Part shown: positions 1 to 8,823 of the stretch, piece by piece
Numbering within the stretch: the first letter of the stretch is position 1
How the letters are laid out: each line of letters opens with the position of its first letter
Source: Turneriellaceae bacterium
Lineage (GTDB): Bacteria > Spirochaetota > Leptospiria > Turneriellales > JAOUFE01
Reading direction: 5' to 3'
Length of the DNA: 64,000 nt
Assembly: GCA_050304475.1 (NCBI GenBank)
Contig: JBNLDQ010000009.1
Location: 337,396-401,395 of the forward strand
Translations under genes and position numbers: made by a program
The notes under the pieces: generated by a model
Seen by the model: only the letters and a program-made list of their open reading frames with translations
What the model was told of the DNA's origin: nothing
Database searches by the model: none

Positions 1-543
1 GACCGGCAGCGATACTACCGCCAAACTATCCACGACCCGTTGACCGGTCTCTACACGCGTTTTTATATTTATGACGCTTTGCAAACGATATTCTTATTGC
101 ATGATAGGGACGAATCGATTTCAATCGGGCTTATACTTGCCGACCTTGACGATTTTCGAAATATCAACGACACCTATGGGCATATGGCCGGGGACGAAGT
201 TTTAAAAGAAATCGCCGCTTTTTTATCGGAAGAACTGAATCAAGGCGACCTTGCCGTTCGAATGGGCGGCGAAGAGTTCGCCCTCTTTATCTTTAATCAG
301 CCCGAACCATCTTTACTGGAAATGGCCGAAAAAATAAGAAAAAAAGTGGAATCCCGTACGATTCATTTCCCTGATGTTACTTGCAATACCACCGTTAGCA
401 TGGGCGTTTCTCAACGCCACCGGGGAGAACCGTTAAGCGAATTGATTAGCCGAACTGACCGGGCGCTTTTTGTGGCAAAATCAAAAGGTAAAAACTGCAT
501 TGGTGTGGCAAAACCGGGTCTTGATACAAACGAAGCCGAATGA
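1..543 (+). CDS. Diguanylate cyclase (GGDEF domain), C-terminal part; gene starts beyond the left edge
   Basis: Frame is open from nt 1 (DRQRYYRQTIHDPLTGLYTR...), the DPLTGLxNR entry into a GGDEF domain. An intact RMGGEEF active-site motif follows. The track ORF 40..543 only begins at an internal TTG. Confidence 0.85.
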   Translation, partial: DRQRYYRQTIHDPLTGLYTRFYIYDALQTIFLLHDRDESISIGLILADLDDFRNINDTYGHMAGDEVLKEIAAFLSEELNQGDLAVRMGGEEFALFIFNQPEPSLLEMAEKIRKKVESRTIHFPDVTCNTTVSMGVSQRHRGEPLSELISRTDRALFVAKSKGKNCIGVAKPGLDTNEAE

Positions 544-590
544 TTTCATTTGTCACCCGGACTCTGTTTTAAGAAAAGGAACCATTTACT

Positions 591-1157
591 ATGGGACAAC
601 AATTTGAAAAAATCGAAACCAAACACCGCGTCTTTATAGAAAGCCAAAAGATTTTCTTTGTCGCAACCGGTCCGGCCGGGCGTAAAATCAATTTAAGCCC
701 AAAAGGGATGGACGCTTTTCGCGTCATTAACGACAACCGCATTGCCTGGCTCAATGTCACCGGAAGCGGCAATGAAACAGCCGCTCATCTGCTGGAAGAC
801 GATCGCATGACAGTCATGTTTTGTTCATTTGACAAAGAGCCGCTTATTCTACGCCTCTACGGCCAGGCAAAAGCCGTTCACATCCATGATCCGGAATGGG
901 AAGAAAACAATGCGTTGTTTCCCGATTTCCCGGGCAAACGCCAAATTTTTCTCATGGATGTTAACCTTGTTCAGTCATCGTGCGGCTTTGCTGTTCCGCT
1001 CATGGAGTACCAAGGCGAGCGGGATTTATTGATCAAGTGGGCCGAGAATCAGGGCGAAGAAGGCGTGCAAGATTACTGGCAATCGAAAAATACCACTTCA
1101 ATAGACAAGCAGCCGACCGGCATTGAAGCAAATATAAAATCCAAAAACAACAATTGA
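591..1157 (+). CDS. Pyridoxamine 5'-phosphate oxidase-family (split-barrel FMN-binding) protein
   Basis: 188 aa. The pattern FFVATGPAGRKINLSPKG...WLNVTGSGNETAAHL...MTVMFCSF is typical of PNPOx-related proteins. Confidence 0.65.
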   Translation: MGQQFEKIETKHRVFIESQKIFFVATGPAGRKINLSPKGMDAFRVINDNRIAWLNVTGSGNETAAHLLEDDRMTVMFCSFDKEPLILRLYGQAKAVHIHDPEWEENNALFPDFPGKRQIFLMDVNLVQSSCGFAVPLMEYQGERDLLIKWAENQGEEGVQDYWQSKNTTSIDKQPTGIEANIKSKNNN

Positions 1158-1182
1158 ATGAAAATATCATAAACGAAAGCAT

Positions 1183-1214
1183 TGCGCCTTACCAATCAAT
1201 CACGGTAAGGCGCA
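1183..1214. terminator. Hairpin between convergent genes (candidate bidirectional terminator)
   Basis: 11-bp perfect stem tgcgccttacc / ggtaaggcgca with a 10-nt loop, between stop 1157 (+) and stop 1235 (-). Flanking U-runs are weak on both strands. Confidence 0.45.
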
Positions 1215-1234
1215 AATTCGTTTGATTCAACCGC

Positions 1235-4200
1235 TTAAAAAGACGGAACTGCCCAAATAAACATCTGTTGGGGAGTTGTCAGATCGCCTGTAATACCTAC
1301 AGTCACCACATCAGCCCCATAGTAAGTCATACGGCCTACCTGAGCATAAACGCCGGCAGGTTTCAAATAGGTGTATCTGCCATTGACTCCGTACCAGGGG
1401 ATCATCGTTCCGTCGACGGCATTGATTGACATAACCGCAGGGTTATTGTAGCAATTAGCGCTGGCGATGAAATGCCCGTCAGGCGAATAAACCATATCTT
1501 CCAGAAGACAACCGGTGTAAATAGAGACCCCGCCGCCAAAAGTAACCTGCGGCGCTCCCCAGTATGTGAATTTGCCGGCAAAGCCCGAACCATACGCGCC
1601 GGCCGGATCGGATGCCAAATGGGTCCATCCGGTAACAACGAATCCGGCGCCGCCGTCCAGGAAAATCCCTCTCGCTCTAGAGTCTGCAATAACCGCAAAA
1701 CCGGAACCGTTCACACCGAACGATGTATTGGTTTGTCCATTGCCATTTAGACCGTAAATGAGGGTATCATGCAAACCCCCCGGGTTAATTGCATTCATTA
1801 CCATGATTAAACCGGTTCCCGTGTAGAAATCTTCTGTGATTTCCACCGGGGTGATGTCCGTATAAATCGGGTTCGGGTTTGGCACATAGATGTACCCGCC
1901 GGTACCGAAAGTGGTGTCCATCAGACCGTCTTTTCCGGTTCTAATCACAACCGGGCGTAAAATACCCGAACCGTCGTCCATCTTTCCGATCAGCAGAATA
2001 TTGTCATTGGACTGAACCATAATGTCATTCAGTTGCAACGACGCTATAATAGGATAAGCAAAGCTCAGGCCGACACTAAAATTGCTGATGACGGCGCCTT
2101 GCGGCGTAATTTTGAAAAAGAACGGGTATGAAGTAGAGCTAACCATGCTCCGGTTGTTTCCCGTTAAAATTAAATTGCCTTGTCTGTCAGCTGCCATGGC
2201 AATCGGTTCTATCGATTCGCCCCCTGGCGGGCAAAACTCAAAACGGTACGTACCCGCGCCGGTCGGATCATAAGATGGGTCTTTCACAAACGCTGTTCCG
2301 TTGTTCATCAAACGATGAACAACCATACATTGCTGGCCTGTCGTTGTGGTCATTGAGCCCAGAGTATATAGAAGGCTGTTTACAACTTCTACATCCACAT
2401 AATAAGAGCGCGTACCTTCCAGGAAAGACGTGACTACGCCCGGCGTTTGGTTGTTTGAAGTACATGTAACGGTGATCAGCGGTTGAGGCGAGCCGTTCAT
2501 CAATATGATAGCCGCACGCACCGAACTGGTACAGGTCGCCGATGGCGGTTGTTGAGGTATACCGACATAGTAAGAATCTCCCGCATAAAGCGGTTGTGTA
2601 AATTGATACCTGCCGTCGCTCATCGCAAAAATGCTCTCTCCCCCATTGAGATCTAAAACCATGGTCTCACCCGAGGGTAGCCCGACAACGTCAACCTGCA
2701 CAAAGTATTGCATGGCAGGCCAGCAAGTGACATAGACATTTGTAACATTTGCCCCGGTTATTTGACCGCTTGCATTGAGTATCTGGCACTCATATGCCGG
2801 GTCCTTATCGAGTATAGAAACAGTATACAACGATTGGTCAGGCAAAGGGGTACTTAATTGAAACGAACCGTCCGCCGAAAATCCCTCTGGCATCATTCCA
2901 TTCAAACCTAGAGTCACCCAACTGCCATTGATACCGCCAATCGAACCTCCGATGGTAAACGGCAATGTGTAGCAATTGACTTGTATAAGCACATACCCAT
3001 TGGTCAAAATCATATCTTTCGCAGCGCTGATCGAGCAATTTTGAACCGGGCTTTTTAAGTTAGAAGCAGCAGCATCAATTACCACATCATAGGCCGTGCC
3101 CAACGGATATGAGTTCGGCATATATTGAGCAAATGTGCCGCCATAGAGAATCAATGTCGAAGCATCGATATTGTTTCTTACAACCAAAGAGTTGGGCGAA
3201 GTTAACCCGTAGGTGCTTACTAAAATCCGGTAATTCAGTTCAGTGGTAAACGACCATGACGAATCGACTGCGGATACGCTGCCATTGATATCCGTAATGC
3301 CGGATTTGATTTTCACGGTATACAATGAGTACTGGGCCATTTTACCGGGATCAATCAATACGGTATCCGTCAAATAGTCATATATTAGAACCGGTTTGAC
3401 TTGCCACCCGAGTGAATTGACACCTGAAGCTATATTCTTATTTGCAATTTTTAACAACAGTTGGGGATCCCCCAGGGGAATATATTCAACCGTTATGTAA
3501 TTGGCCAGGTTCGCTATAGTATTGGCGTCTAACGGCGCCGAAAATGAAACCGAAATCGGACTGCTTACCAAAACATTGGTCGCATCGGCCGCCGGCGTTA
3601 CCGAGCTGATCATCGGGTTCGTCGTTTGCGAAGGAATATAAAACGACCATGAGTAATCATGCAGCATATTGTTCCCGGCGGGATCGGCAATGCCCGTAGT
3701 TAACGTGGCCACATACAAAGAGCCTTCAACCAACGGATTTATCGCCACATCGGGGGTAAACACAAGCGTAGTTTTATCCGTAGCCGCATCATACAAAGAG
3801 CTGAGAAGACCTTGGTAGTTCGTCGTCCCATCCGTTAGAGTAAAGTTCGCATTGATGATCGTCGCCGGATCGACTTGTCCGCCGACTACCGCGCTGATAA
3901 TACCTGTCGCGGTAAAATTTGTTTCTCCGTTCAGCGGAGTTACACTCGCCACCTGCGGACCGGTCGACGCTTGCACTGAAAAAGACCAGCGGTATTCCGC
4001 GCCCAACGGAATCCCGTTAATATCGGCAACGGTACCCGATATTGTCGCGGTATAAATTAAACCGGCTTCAAGCGGCGAAGCCGGGTCGGGGATAATGGTA
4101 ATTATGCCCACCGGGTTTAAAGGATCGGTTGTTTGATCGACCGCATAGTTAATCGATGAAGGAACAATCATCATTCCGTTATCCAGGCTTACCGTCAAAG

Positions 4201-6169
4201 CGCTGATCGTTGTCTGATCCATTTCGCGATTAAACGTAACGGAAATCGGATCGCCTAAAGCGACCGAGGTTGTTCCGTTAGCCGGCGAAACGGCGGCAAT
4301 TGCCGGCGGCATGGGCGGCTCCATTGAAAAAGACCAGCGGTAGTCGGCCGCCATGGGATTTCCCGCCAAATCCTTAATCAACGTGTTGATGGTCATGGTA
4401 TAAATTTTACCGTAAACCAAAGGCGTAGCCGGATCGGGCGTAAACGTGATCTGGCTGTTGAGACCATTCATGGTATGGCTTACCAAACCGGGAATATTCG
4501 CGGTTCCGTCGTTTAAAACAACACTCGATGTTGTTACGGTCGAAACATTCAGCTCTTCATCGAAAACGGCCGTAATGGCAGTGCCTGCCGGAACATTTGT
4601 TGTTCCGTTTACCGGAGTAGTTGTCATCACCACTGGCCCCGTTAAATCGGACTGAGAACCTGTGGTGAAAGAAATTACCCTGCCAATCGCCATGGTTTTT
4701 CCGGCTAAATCGGCTACCGTTGTAAGAACATTCAAAGTATAGGTGGTATTTGCATAAAGGTCGGTCGCAGGCATGAATACGGCGCTATTATTTGCTCCGT
4801 TATATAAAACATTGCCGCCCACTAACGCGCCAATTTCCGCAGGCGGAACCAAGGGGTTGGTTGTGCCGGTAATCGTTAATTGAACGGAACTGTTATTGAC
4901 TGTCCCCGGCGACATCGGCTCGGAAAAGTTAACGGTAATATTGGCGTTGAGATTTATATTCACGCTACCGTCCACCGGCGAAGTGGAAACCACATCCGGC
5001 GGCGTCGTATCAAGTTGGGTGCCTGATTGAAAGCTGAATACAACAGGAGAAACAAGGCCATTGCCGCTCAGGTCGGCTACGCCCGTACCTAACGTTACTT
5101 GAAATTTCGTAGAAGGATCAAACGTTCCGGCTGTGGGTACAAATGTCGCCGTATTTGACAAGACATCAAATTGATATGCGCCGGGGACTGAAACAGCCTT
5201 GGTTATATTCAGCACTTCAAAGTTTACAGAGTTTAAAGTGGCTAAATCGATTTCTTCGGAAAAGGTAACGCTAATGCTTGCATCAAGCGCAACCCCGTTG
5301 CTCCCGTTGATAGGGGAAGTACTGTAAATTTCGGGCGGAATCTGGTCCAGCTCGGTAGTGAACGACCAACTGGCAACCGTCGTCGCGGGAGCTACCGGTT
5401 GCTGAACATTTGGCGTTGTAATCGCCGTATCGGTAATCCCGCCGGCAATATTAATCGTATACATTGTATTATTTCTCAATAAAACTTCGGGGAACATCAT
5501 AATCGTGTTACCCGGAACCACATACGTTACGACTGTGGGAACCGTGTTCACGCCGTCAGTCAAGGTCACCGTACCGGGCACAATCGAACCGGGGTGAATC
5601 GGTTCATCGAAAGTAATGGAGATCCCGGTTGTTGTGGTTACCCCGGACGACCCGTCTACCGGGTATCGAAAGATAATCGACGGTACAGTGGTATCCGCCG
5701 CCAGCTTCGGCGAGTTTTGGATAAAAGTAGTAAATGTAAAGGCGTATGGCGCGCCCATGACATTGCCCTGCATATCGGTCACAGTCCCATCGACGGTAAC
5801 CGTATGCAGTTCGCCCGAAGCGAGCAAACCGGCCGGCATAAAAACGGCGGCTTTGGCTACATTATGATACGTTACCGTTCCGGCAACCGGAGCCGAGGTT
5901 GAGTCGACCACTTGAATGGCGCCCGGCGCTGTAATTGTTGCGGGGTCCATGTCTCTGGTAAAACCGATAACAATAGCTCGGTCGCGCGAGTGTGCGGCAA
6001 ATCCGTTGCTGGGGATAGTCGATACAATAAACTCATTTCCCTGCACCAAGGTATCTTCGATATTTCTCGCCTCTGTACAATTGAGAACCCATAACATCAC
6101 GGGCGCCAATAGTAACGCGCTCAGATACCGGGTGATTTTTTCCTGTGTTGCCCAACGATTCCGTTTCAT
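1235..6169 (-). CDS. Giant secreted/surface protein: tandem SbsA/Big_5-type Ig-like domains plus C-terminal delta-60-like repeat region
   Basis: 1644-aa ORF with a hydrophobic N-terminal signal-like segment. About 10 modules of ~100 aa carry the signature PP.V.STSP.NG...V....I.V.FSE.M...T......L and end in ...Y.WSF.T. The C-terminal ~450 aa has repeated DG..D..FG..G motifs (GKDGLMDTTFGTGGYIYV, NGNGQTNTSFGVNGSGFAVI). Confidence 0.8.
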   Translation of the reverse strand: MKRNRWATQEKITRYLSALLLAPVMLWVLNCTEARNIEDTLVQGNEFIVSTIPSNGFAAHSRDRAIVIGFTRDMDPATITAPGAIQVVDSTSAPVAGTVTYHNVAKAAVFMPAGLLASGELHTVTVDGTVTDMQGNVMGAPYAFTFTTFIQNSPKLAADTTVPSIIFRYPVDGSSGVTTTTGISITFDEPIHPGSIVPGTVTLTDGVNTVPTVVTYVVPGNTIMMFPEVLLRNNTMYTINIAGGITDTAITTPNVQQPVAPATTVASWSFTTELDQIPPEIYSTSPINGSNGVALDASISVTFSEEIDLATLNSVNFEVLNITKAVSVPGAYQFDVLSNTATFVPTAGTFDPSTKFQVTLGTGVADLSGNGLVSPVVFSFQSGTQLDTTPPDVVSTSPVDGSVNINLNANITVNFSEPMSPGTVNNSSVQLTITGTTNPLVPPAEIGALVGGNVLYNGANNSAVFMPATDLYANTTYTLNVLTTVADLAGKTMAIGRVISFTTGSQSDLTGPVVMTTTPVNGTTNVPAGTAITAVFDEELNVSTVTTSSVVLNDGTANIPGLVSHTMNGLNSQITFTPDPATPLVYGKIYTMTINTLIKDLAGNPMAADYRWSFSMEPPMPPAIAAVSPANGTTSVALGDPISVTFNREMDQTTISALTVSLDNGMMIVPSSINYAVDQTTDPLNPVGIITIIPDPASPLEAGLIYTATISGTVADINGIPLGAEYRWSFSVQASTGPQVASVTPLNGETNFTATGIISAVVGGQVDPATIINANFTLTDGTTNYQGLLSSLYDAATDKTTLVFTPDVAINPLVEGSLYVATLTTGIADPAGNNMLHDYSWSFYIPSQTTNPMISSVTPAADATNVLVSSPISVSFSAPLDANTIANLANYITVEYIPLGDPQLLLKIANKNIASGVNSLGWQVKPVLIYDYLTDTVLIDPGKMAQYSLYTVKIKSGITDINGSVSAVDSSWSFTTELNYRILVSTYGLTSPNSLVVRNNIDASTLILYGGTFAQYMPNSYPLGTAYDVVIDAAASNLKSPVQNCSISAAKDMILTNGYVLIQVNCYTLPFTIGGSIGGINGSWVTLGLNGMMPEGFSADGSFQLSTPLPDQSLYTVSILDKDPAYECQILNASGQITGANVTNVYVTCWPAMQYFVQVDVVGLPSGETMVLDLNGGESIFAMSDGRYQFTQPLYAGDSYYVGIPQQPPSATCTSSVRAAIILMNGSPQPLITVTCTSNNQTPGVVTSFLEGTRSYYVDVEVVNSLLYTLGSMTTTTGQQCMVVHRLMNNGTAFVKDPSYDPTGAGTYRFEFCPPGGESIEPIAMAADRQGNLILTGNNRSMVSSTSYPFFFKITPQGAVISNFSVGLSFAYPIIASLQLNDIMVQSNDNILLIGKMDDGSGILRPVVIRTGKDGLMDTTFGTGGYIYVPNPNPIYTDITPVEITEDFYTGTGLIMVMNAINPGGLHDTLIYGLNGNGQTNTSFGVNGSGFAVIADSRARGIFLDGGAGFVVTGWTHLASDPAGAYGSGFAGKFTYWGAPQVTFGGGVSIYTGCLLEDMVYSPDGHFIASANCYNNPAVMSINAVDGTMIPWYGVNGRYTYLKPAGVYAQVGRMTYYGADVVTVGITGDLTTPQQMFIWAVPSF

Positions 6170-6364
6170 ATGCCTTCCTCCTGCGCAAAATCAAGCCAAA
6201 AATTAAGGCTAAATTCGCACAATTGTCACTATAGCTAGTGACGCAATTTTGTCAATATATATTTGTATTTTTCTTTTTATGAATTTTTTATATCGCATAA
6301 CGCCTTGCCGCCTTGACGGCGCTCTCCGCATCGATTCGCCTAACGTCTATTCCGCATGCCGTTT

Positions 6365-7027
6365 TTAATTTAATTCAAACTTCAACGGCATTTCCATAAT
6401 GATGGACACCTTCTTCCCGTCGATGATCGGCGGGCTGAATCGAGCGCTTTGCATGATTTTAACGGCTGCAATTGCGAATTTTTTTTTCATCGTTTCGGTA
6501 ACTTCGTCCGGCAAAGGCTTGCTTAAGCGGGTACTCAGGACATTTACGGAGAGTACGTTTCCTTCCTGGCCGATCACGAGGCTGACAAAAACTATTGCTT
6601 CAATTTCTTTCTGACGCCCCTCTTCAGGGTAAATTTTTTGCAGTTTACCCTGCGGCCGCGGGGGCACCACATCGGGATAAAAGGCCAAATCAACGGCGTC
6701 TTCGGCATCGCTTAACCCTTCGGCCCGTTCCACCTGTTCGGATACGGGAGTCTCGGCTTCTGAGCTTATAGCGATTTCACGCTTGCTCATCCTTTTGGGC
6801 ATCAAAACCTTGTCAATGTCAAGCACCTGAAAGACATCGACCGTTTCCTCCATCCGTTGGATACTTCCGGCGGAAGAATAAAAAAGAGCGAAGGTCAGCA
6901 AGAGAAAAGAGATCGTAAAAGAAAAATAAAAAGGGTGGTTTTGGGTTGCCTGGCCTGTTTTGTCGAACCAGCTTACCCCGGAATCTTTTTCGGCGGTTAT
7001 TTTTTTTCCTTCTTTCATCCATTCCAT
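6365..7027 (-). CDS. tonB: TonB-family energy transducer
   Basis: One N-terminal TM, an acidic/Pro-containing linker and a TonB C-terminal domain pattern (PPRPQGKLQKIYPEEGRQKEIEAIVFVSLVIGQEGNVLSVNVL...ARFSPPIIDGKKV). Start moved to ATG 7027 (MEWMKEGKK), 1 nt past the exbD stop. The longer track ORF overlaps exbD. Confidence 0.7.
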   Translation of the reverse strand: MEWMKEGKKITAEKDSGVSWFDKTGQATQNHPFYFSFTISFLLLTFALFYSSAGSIQRMEETVDVFQVLDIDKVLMPKRMSKREIAISSEAETPVSEQVERAEGLSDAEDAVDLAFYPDVVPPRPQGKLQKIYPEEGRQKEIEAIVFVSLVIGQEGNVLSVNVLSTRLSKPLPDEVTETMKKKFAIAAVKIMQSARFSPPIIDGKKVSIIMEMPLKFELN

Positions 7028-7028
7028 T

Positions 7029-7448
7029 TTATTTTCGCCCGTAAGATAGCGCCCCCCGCTCTTCGGCCATAAAAGTAACATTTAAAAAATCACCTTCTTT
7101 TAAAACATCCATTAGATCGGAGACAAAGCTGTAATCGAGATTCTTGTCAGCCGTAATGGAAACGGGGATCTCTTTTTCATAAGCCCGCAGGGCGAGGAGA
7201 TCCCGGATGTTGTCAAGATTGATTGCCTCTCCATCGCAATAGTATTGCCCCTGGCGGGAGATCGTAATATATAAACTTTCTTGTTCGGCCGGTTCAACCA
7301 GCCCCGATGGGGGTTCGACATCGACGCCCTTGGGGGGTTCCGTTGTCGTTGTCGTCATAAAAAATACAAGCAGCAGCATAGCCATGTCGGCCATCGCCGC
7401 GCCCACACTGATGGATTTAACGCCTGCTTTGTTTAATTTTTTATTCAT
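7029..7448 (-). CDS. exbD: ExbD/TolR biopolymer transport protein
   Basis: 139 aa with an N-terminal TM (AAMADMAMLLLVFFM) followed by an ExbD-type periplasmic domain. Sits inside the exbB-exbD-exbD-tonB string. Confidence 0.8.
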   Translation of the reverse strand: MNKKLNKAGVKSISVGAAMADMAMLLLVFFMTTTTTEPPKGVDVEPPSGLVEPAEQESLYITISRQGQYYCDGEAINLDNIRDLLALRAYEKEIPVSITADKNLDYSFVSDLMDVLKEGDFLNVTFMAEERGALSYGRK

Positions 7449-7891
7449 ACGCCCCCCTTTGATTCGGAGGCTACCTTTTTCAGTGAAATTTTGGATACCC
7501 CGACCAGACGGGCGATGCTCAAAGCATCGATCAATCTTTCGTACCGGATCTTCGGGGTCATGGAAACGACATAAATTACATCGCCGGCAATAGCCTTTTT
7601 ATCCCGTAATAGTTCGATTGCCCTGTTCTCATCGACAACCAGTGGGGCGCCGCCTTCAATGGCATATCCCTCTTCCAGGGGACGAATCTGAAAAAGTTGC
7701 GACTCTTCGACCTTGACGGCCCCCCCGGACGGCGAAGGCAACGAGAGAAAAACTCCTTGCTTCATCATAAACGAGCTTGTCACAATAAAAAAAACAAGCA
7801 ATAAAAACGCCATATCTCCAATGGCGGATGTTTCGACCTCGCCGCTTTTGAGATGATTTCGAAATTTCTTTTTTACAGCATAGGGGTTCAT
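7445..7891 (-). CDS. exbD: ExbD/TolR biopolymer transport protein (second copy)
   Basis: 148 aa with the motif IGDMAFLLLVFFIVTSSF. Has a 4-nt stop/start overlap with the downstream exbD. Confidence 0.8.
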   Translation of the reverse strand: MNPYAVKKKFRNHLKSGEVETSAIGDMAFLLLVFFIVTSSFMMKQGVFLSLPSPSGGAVKVEESQLFQIRPLEEGYAIEGGAPLVVDENRAIELLRDKKAIAGDVIYVVSMTPKIRYERLIDALSIARLVGVSKISLKKVASESKGGV

Positions 7892-7896
7892 TGGTT

Positions 7897-8649
7897 TTAA
7901 ACCCCGCTTTTTTGCGAATAGACGGGAAGAGCCTGTGTAAAATCTTCAATCAATTCGTCGGCATGAACCGTCTGCGTTTGAACGACATGAGCAAAAAGGT
8001 GATAGAAAGAGAGAGTAAAAACCGCAACCGCAAGACCGCCGGCCGTTGTTACCAGAGCAATTTGAATACCCACGGCGACAACCTTCGCGTTAACGACCGC
8101 CGCTGTTGCAATGGCGGCAAACGCCTTGATCATACCAATGACAGTCCCGAAGAAACCGACAAGGGGAGCCAGGTTCCCAATTCCATGGATCAAGTTCAGT
8201 CCCTTTTCGAGACCATTCAAGTAAATCTGCAGGTCGTCCCGAAGTTCGTTCTCAAGCTCTTCTTTAAACAACGACTGGCTACGCCCGGCTTTTTGACGCA
8301 AGCGTTCTTCAACTGTGCTCTTTTTCCAGGCTCTGGTATTATAATAATAAATCAAACGTTCGCCAGAAAGGGTCATCCCCAAAAGAAGCATGGCCATGAT
8401 GATAAACATCACAGACCCGCCCTGTTTGATTACGCCAAACAGTGTCTCTTGCCCTTTTTTGCCGATATCCGGCGGGGTTGGCTCGGCTTGAACTTCCGGT
8501 TCTTGCAAATCTACGCCCGTACTCATCGCCGGACTCTCATGCGCCGGTTGCCCCTCTTGCGCAGCCCCTGAAAATACGGGGAATAAAAACAGAAAAAGCA
8601 GCGCCGCGGCGGGCACCTTGTTTTGTTTTATCCTTTTCTTTTGAATCAT
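7897..8649 (-). CDS. exbB: MotA/TolQ/ExbB proton-channel protein
   Basis: C-terminal channel signature IGNLAPLVGFFGTVIGMIKAF...GIQIALVTTAGGLAVAV. Start set at ATG 8649, preceded by AGGAG (reverse complement of 8641-8660 reads aaggagattatATGattcaa). The 308-aa track ORF is an upstream read-through. Confidence 0.8.
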   Translation of the reverse strand: MIQKKRIKQNKVPAAALLFLFLFPVFSGAAQEGQPAHESPAMSTGVDLQEPEVQAEPTPPDIGKKGQETLFGVIKQGGSVMFIIMAMLLLGMTLSGERLIYYYNTRAWKKSTVEERLRQKAGRSQSLFKEELENELRDDLQIYLNGLEKGLNLIHGIGNLAPLVGFFGTVIGMIKAFAAIATAAVVNAKVVAVGIQIALVTTAGGLAVAVFTLSFYHLFAHVVQTQTVHADELIEDFTQALPVYSQKSGV

Positions 8650-8781
8650 ATAATCTCCTTTATACGTTGCACTGTTTGACGCCGCTCTCCGGAGCGCCCG
8701 CCCTCTTGTGTTTGAAGAGTATATCAATTTGCGGCACCCGTCGACCGGCCCTTCAAGATCCGGACTCTTTTTTGGCCCCAA

Positions 8782-8819
8782 TCCGTATCCTGATGTGGAA
8801 TTCCACAACAGGATACGGA
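8782..8819. repeat. 38-nt near-perfect palindrome in the receptor-exbB intergenic region
   Basis: tccgtatcctgAtgtggaa|ttccacaAcaggatacgga: 19-nt arms with one mismatch and GAATTC at the centre. Confidence 0.9.
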
Positions 8820-8823
8820 GCAC

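Noticed and set aside
7891-8571. Long antisense ORFs opposite well-supported genes (7891..8571 +, 9526..10077 +, 30367..30939 -, 39393..39920 -, 55207..55836 +, 21219..21617 +, 18739..19152 -)
   Set aside because: Each is antisense to a gene with clear family motifs, and their translations show no motifs. I treat them as shadow ORFs.
7897-8823. 308-aa version of the exbB ORF, and similarly 6365..7081, 22022..23374, 35043..36068, 46198..46866, 48308..48892 and 49008..49400
   Set aside because: The 5' extensions cross intergenic hairpins or overlap upstream genes. Internal ATGs give proper signal peptides or family-typical N-termini, in the exbB case with an AGGAG ribosome-binding site.
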